This document shows positions 59,847 through 64,000 of a DNA stretch of 64,000 bases, one piece after another (within the stretch, counting starts at the first letter, position 1; each line of letters begins with the position of its first letter). The stretch is taken from the NCBI GenBank assembly GCA_964016885.1, contig OZ024746.1, positions 930,001 through 994,000 of the forward strand, written 5' to 3'. Under the pieces are notes generated by a model. It was not told where the DNA came from. It ran no database searches and saw only the letters and a list, made by a program, of their open reading frames with translations. The DNA is from Eledone cirrhosa (lineage: Eukaryota). The position numbers and the translations under genes are program-made.

Positions 59847-60450
59847 AAACATAATGGTGATAATGTGTGATATCTCAACATATGGTGATAATGTGTGATA
59901 TCTCAACATAATGGTGATAATGTGTGATATCTCAACATATGGTGATAATGTGTGATATCTCAACATAATGGTGATAATGTGTGATATCTCAACATAATGG
60001 TGATAATGTGTGATATCTCAACATAATGGTGATAATGTGTGATATCTCAACATAATGGTGATAATGTGTGATATCTCAACATAATGGTGATAATGTGTGA
60101 TATCTCAACATAATGGTGATAATGTGTGATATCTCAACATAATGGTGATAATGTGTGATATCTCAACATAATGGTGATAATGTGTGATATCTCAACATAT
60201 GGTGATAATGTGTGATATCTCAACATAATGGTGATAATGTGTGATATCTCAACATAATGGTGATAATGTGTGATATCTCAACATAATGGTGATAATGTGT
60301 GATATCTCAACATAATGGTGATAATGTGTGATATCTCAACATAATGGTGATAATGTGTGATATCTCAACATATGGTGATAATGTGTGATATCTCAACATA
60401 ATGGTGACAATGTGTGATATTTCAACATAATGGTGATAATGTGTGATATC
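59847..60450. repeat. 28/29-bp minisatellite (AACATAATGGTGATAATGTGTGATATCTC) ~21 copies
   Basis: Direct tandem repeats. Confidence 0.97.
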
Positions 60451-60574
60451 AGATGAACACTAAGTTAATTAATTTGATGATTACATAATGAATATGATAA
60501 ACATTTAATTATAACTTGCTATATAGTTAATGACTAATTATTTAATGTAACAACATTGATTAAATGTAGCAAGA

Positions 60575-60697
60575 AAATGACCGAGGCAATTTAGTACAGG
60601 GCAACAGTCTCTTCAAATGACCGAAGGAATTTAGTACAGGGCTACCAACTCCTCAAATGACCGAGGGAATTTACTACTGGGCAACAGACTCCTCAAA
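60575..60697. repeat. 40-bp tandem repeat x3
   Basis: AAATGACCGAGGCAATTTAGTACAGGGCAACAGTCTCTTC variants. Confidence 0.85.
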
Positions 60698-60844
60698 AGT
60701 TTTGAATATAATAAACCCATTACAAGTATTTTATTGTATATTTAAGAGATACATTTAATTTTATATACCTTAGTTCACTTAGCTGTGGGTTATAAACAGG
60801 TCTGACACAGCACATTAGGCAACCCCCTAGAACTCTGGCAAAGA

Positions 60845-61110
60845 CTCAAAAAAGGGAGATGGAATCTGAGGTGGTGCACTGTACAGACATGTGAAATGCA
60901 TGGATGAAGAAGTGCCAGGAAATGCCAGTGGATGGAAGCTGCAGTAGAGGTAGACCAGGGCTGATGTTGTGAGAGCTAACCTCAAATAACTGAGACTCAG
61001 TGATGAGATGAGGAAGAAATGTGGTGAGTGGAGAGATGCTGTACTGAGAAGGACCTGCCCAACCCATGCAAATGTTTAAAAATGGACATAAAAGCGATCA
61101 TAATGATGAT
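60845..61110 (+). mobile_element. Degenerate RTE 3' fragment
   Basis: Homology to 45340-45630. Confidence 0.7.
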
Positions 61111-61659
61111 ATTATATATAGGTTCATATATGATTTTATCATGAAACATGCTGTGCTAGTGTTATTGCTAATGTTTAAAAATTTCTTTAAACATAACATT
61201 TCACATCTGCTGATCATGAGAAAATTAATAGATCAATATCTTATCTAATCACAAACTTCACTTCTACAATAGCTAACTTGTAATGACAGCTAAATGACAT
61301 TTTCACAAACATAATGGATACTGTTCAACAACTTAGAGAAGATTAAAAACCTTCATAAAGGGTAGTAAAACATTGAGTTCAAACAGTTTTACTACCCTTC
61401 TATCATTTACCTTTCCTCCTATTCTAACCCATCTTCCCAAGCTTCAAGCATGGAAAAGTGGATGTAAAAACAAAGATCATAATGATGATGTCTAAAAATC
61501 ATTCATAGTGACCATATATCTATAAGAGTGGACAAAATCTTGGTTTAGGGGTTAAGAAGTTTGCTTTAAAATCATGAGACTTTGTGATTTGATCCCACTG
61601 CATGGCAACTTGTGCAAGTTTTGTGAGTGAAATCAGATAGACAGAGACTAGTCAAGAGA

Positions 61660-61880
61660 ATTAGACGGCTTGTCCTGTTGTGGGCAGTGTCCAGTCGGCT
61701 GACCTTGCCTTGCTCATACGGGAACTGATTTTGGCTTGATTTCTACAGCTGGATGCTCTTCCTAACACCAACTTCATTTACAGTGTGGGCTGGATGCTTT
61801 TTTGCCATGGCGCCTCCACGGCCACTTTGCAGTGGGAGGAGGTGGGGGCATATTGTCTATATGCTTCAGCTTGTTCCCAT
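61660..61880 (-). mobile_element. RTE 3' UTR fragment
   Basis: Homology to 47600-47870. Confidence 0.8.
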
Positions 61881-62234
61881 ATTTCCCATATATAGAAATA
61901 AATGATGAATACCATGGATTGATATTGGAATCTAGTTAGGTTCCTCATTGAAAGGTATATCATCCAAACAACCACAAGGAAATACCTGAGAGGGTTATAT
62001 AACCTTTACCGTAATATTCTGAAGTAGGTGTGTTTATTTCTATATTATTAGCATACTTATTTTGTTTGCTAATTATGGTAAATATTAAGTTGTGCACTAA
62101 GTAGCTGATGTATATGATAAAGTTATATCTATGTATACACAGATCCAAGGTAAGACCTCGCCGGTGTGGTTATAACACATTTAGAGTGTGTTGATATGTA
62201 AACATGTCAAATATAGTATTTTCCTGTGAATTGA

Positions 62235-62830
62235 AAAAAAAAATGATATTTTGGGGCCGTGTCCACGAGTGATGGAAGGCAGGAGGCTGAATTAAGTGCA
62301 AGAATTGCAGAAGCTGGTGCAGTAATGTGCCAGCTTCAGCATTCAGAAGAAGGGAGGTAGGTGTAAAAGCCAAACTCACTATCTTCAATTTGGTATTTGT
62401 GCCAACCCTTACCTATGGTCATGAATCTTGGGTAATGACCAAAAGAATATGATGATGGTTACAAGTGGCCAAAATGGGGGTTCCTCCGAAGGGTCTTTGG
62501 AGTAACGTCACTTGATAGAGTGTAGCTCGGAGATCAGAGAGTCACTCGAGGTAGAGCTGTTACTTCTCCGAATTAAGAGATCACAGTTCCAATACTATGG
62601 ACATGTGGTTAGAATGTCTCAAGAAAGAATCACTGGACAGATTTTACGGGTAAACCCAACTGACAGGAGACTCAGGGGTAGACTTGAGCAAGATGGTTGG
62701 ATAACATCCATGAGCTAGGCTGGTCATGCTTGGGAATCCAGCTGAATTAGTTGGAGACTGTTGCTTCTGACAGGACCCACTGGAAGGAGTGTTTGAGGAC
62801 TCTGCCCCACCACGACCTTCTCAGGAATAA
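62235..62830 (+). mobile_element. Old RTE-type LINE C-terminal fragment (different subfamily)
   Basis: PTLTYGHESW, QYYGHVVRM, RRLRGRL motifs, broken by stops and frameshifts. Confidence 0.7.
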
Positions 62831-62927
62831 GTGGGTAAAGTAAAAGATTATCATCACCGTTTAACGTCCATTTTCAATGCTAGCATGGGTTAGACGATAG
62901 TATATAGAGAGCAAAGTGGTGTGGGGG

Positions 62928-63165
62928 GAGACAGACAGATAATACACAAACAGGCAGGCAGATAGACAGACATACAGACATGCAGACAGATAGATAGACA
63001 AACCAACAGAGAGGCAGAAAGAGAGAGACAGACAGATGGATAGGCAGAGAGAGAGACAGACAGATAGATGGGCAGAGACAGACAGACAGACAGACAGTCA
63101 GATAGATAGGCAGAGAGAGACAGACAGTCAGATAGATAGGCAGAGAGAGAGAGAGACAGACAAGC
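62928..63165. repeat. (GACA/GATA/GA)n microsatellite
   Basis: Low complexity. Confidence 0.93.
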
Positions 63166-63839
63166 AGGTAAATAGTAAGTAGACAAAGAAGAAGTATTTC
63201 AAGAATGCTGGTAGAGAGGATGTGTGTTTGGAATTTGGAAAGATTCAACAGACTTGACAAAAAGATGGACTTTAAAGATATAGTTTTAAACATATTTAAA
63301 ATGAAATACCTCCTGCTGTTAAAATCTATTATTTCCACCTTATATTTATATATTCATTTTATTTTTAAGATTGTCAATGTTGTTAGATTGACATATCAAT
63401 ATGTTTTCTATGTGTAGTTTGTGATGTGAGGACAACCTTTTCTGATAGTGTAGACTGAAGCAAAACAACAGAAAATGGAGTCAAGAAAAAAAGAAGAAAA
63501 CATTTGTGTTTGTGTGGAATTGCTGATATAGAGAAATATGTATGTGTACACATATATTGATACACACACAGTTATCCATGCATGCAAGCACATTTATAGT
63601 TATAGTATATATTCATACAATATAACACACATACCACACACAAGATAACTTGATAAAGTGTAATACAGTAGCAGTTAGCTTGTACAATCTGTGTCAGTAA
63701 TTGGATGTGAGTGTGAGTGTGCATATATATATATATATATATTAAAAACATGAGAAGAAAGAAGAATACTGCGTGGTTTGCACATGGGTTACATATGATA
63801 AAAATAGTCCTTCGTCAGGGATTTTCCGACCATCATTGG

Positions 63840-63879
<40 letters not shown>

Positions 63880-64000
63880 AAGAGTTAAACAAAATTCAAT
63901 GAGTATATCAAAGAATGAGTTTTACAGTAGATTGGAAGCACTCTACGGAAAATAATTTTTCGGAGTTATTAATATTAGAATATAAATATTAATAAAATAG

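Noticed and set aside
48785-60450. CRISPR-like appearance of the regular short repeats
   Set aside because: No unique spacers, eukaryotic context, no cas genes; these are tandem satellites
61900-62160. Possible host exons (acceptor/donor-like sites; also 38180-38260 and 58950-59115)
   Set aside because: No recognisable protein motif or consistent reading frame; cannot be supported without RNA data
63742-63846. Minus-strand CTGACGA at 63812-63818 in a TA-flanked island
   Set aside because: No matching GAAA, stem III or stem I found; at best a remnant

Overview
AT-rich eukaryotic (metazoan) repeat region with no recognisable host gene. The SINE/RTE repertoire and the huge (TA)n tracts suggest a cephalopod such as octopus (inference). 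Bases 1-34 kb are mostly degenerate (TA)n/(TATG)n/(TACA)n microsatellite, punctuated by short islands. These islands include two convergent, 5'-truncated Penelope-like elements (PLEs) with open RT + GIY-YIG ORFs: Naiad-like on + (~5560-9685) and Neptune-like on - (~11120-13770). The main hidden signal is about 18 type I hammerhead ribozyme (HHR) motifs from roughly ten unrelated sequence families, read by eye from CUGANGA/GAAA cores closed by stems I-III. They lie in PLE 3' ends and in ORF-less retrozyme-like islands. Several show compensatory base-pair changes, family-specific palindromic stem III loops, very long stem II insertions (36-114 nt) or core variants (U4C). Many islands share an asymmetric fold-back architecture bounded by (TA)n. 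The rest of the window holds RTE, CR1-like and L1/Tx1 LINE remnants, tRNA-derived SINEs, DNA-transposon MITEs (one piggyBac-like MITE whose termini have amplified into minisatellites), a 7.5-kb satellite and a 200-N gap. Nearly all ORFs in the track are microsatellite artefacts. All structures were folded by eye and none has been tested.
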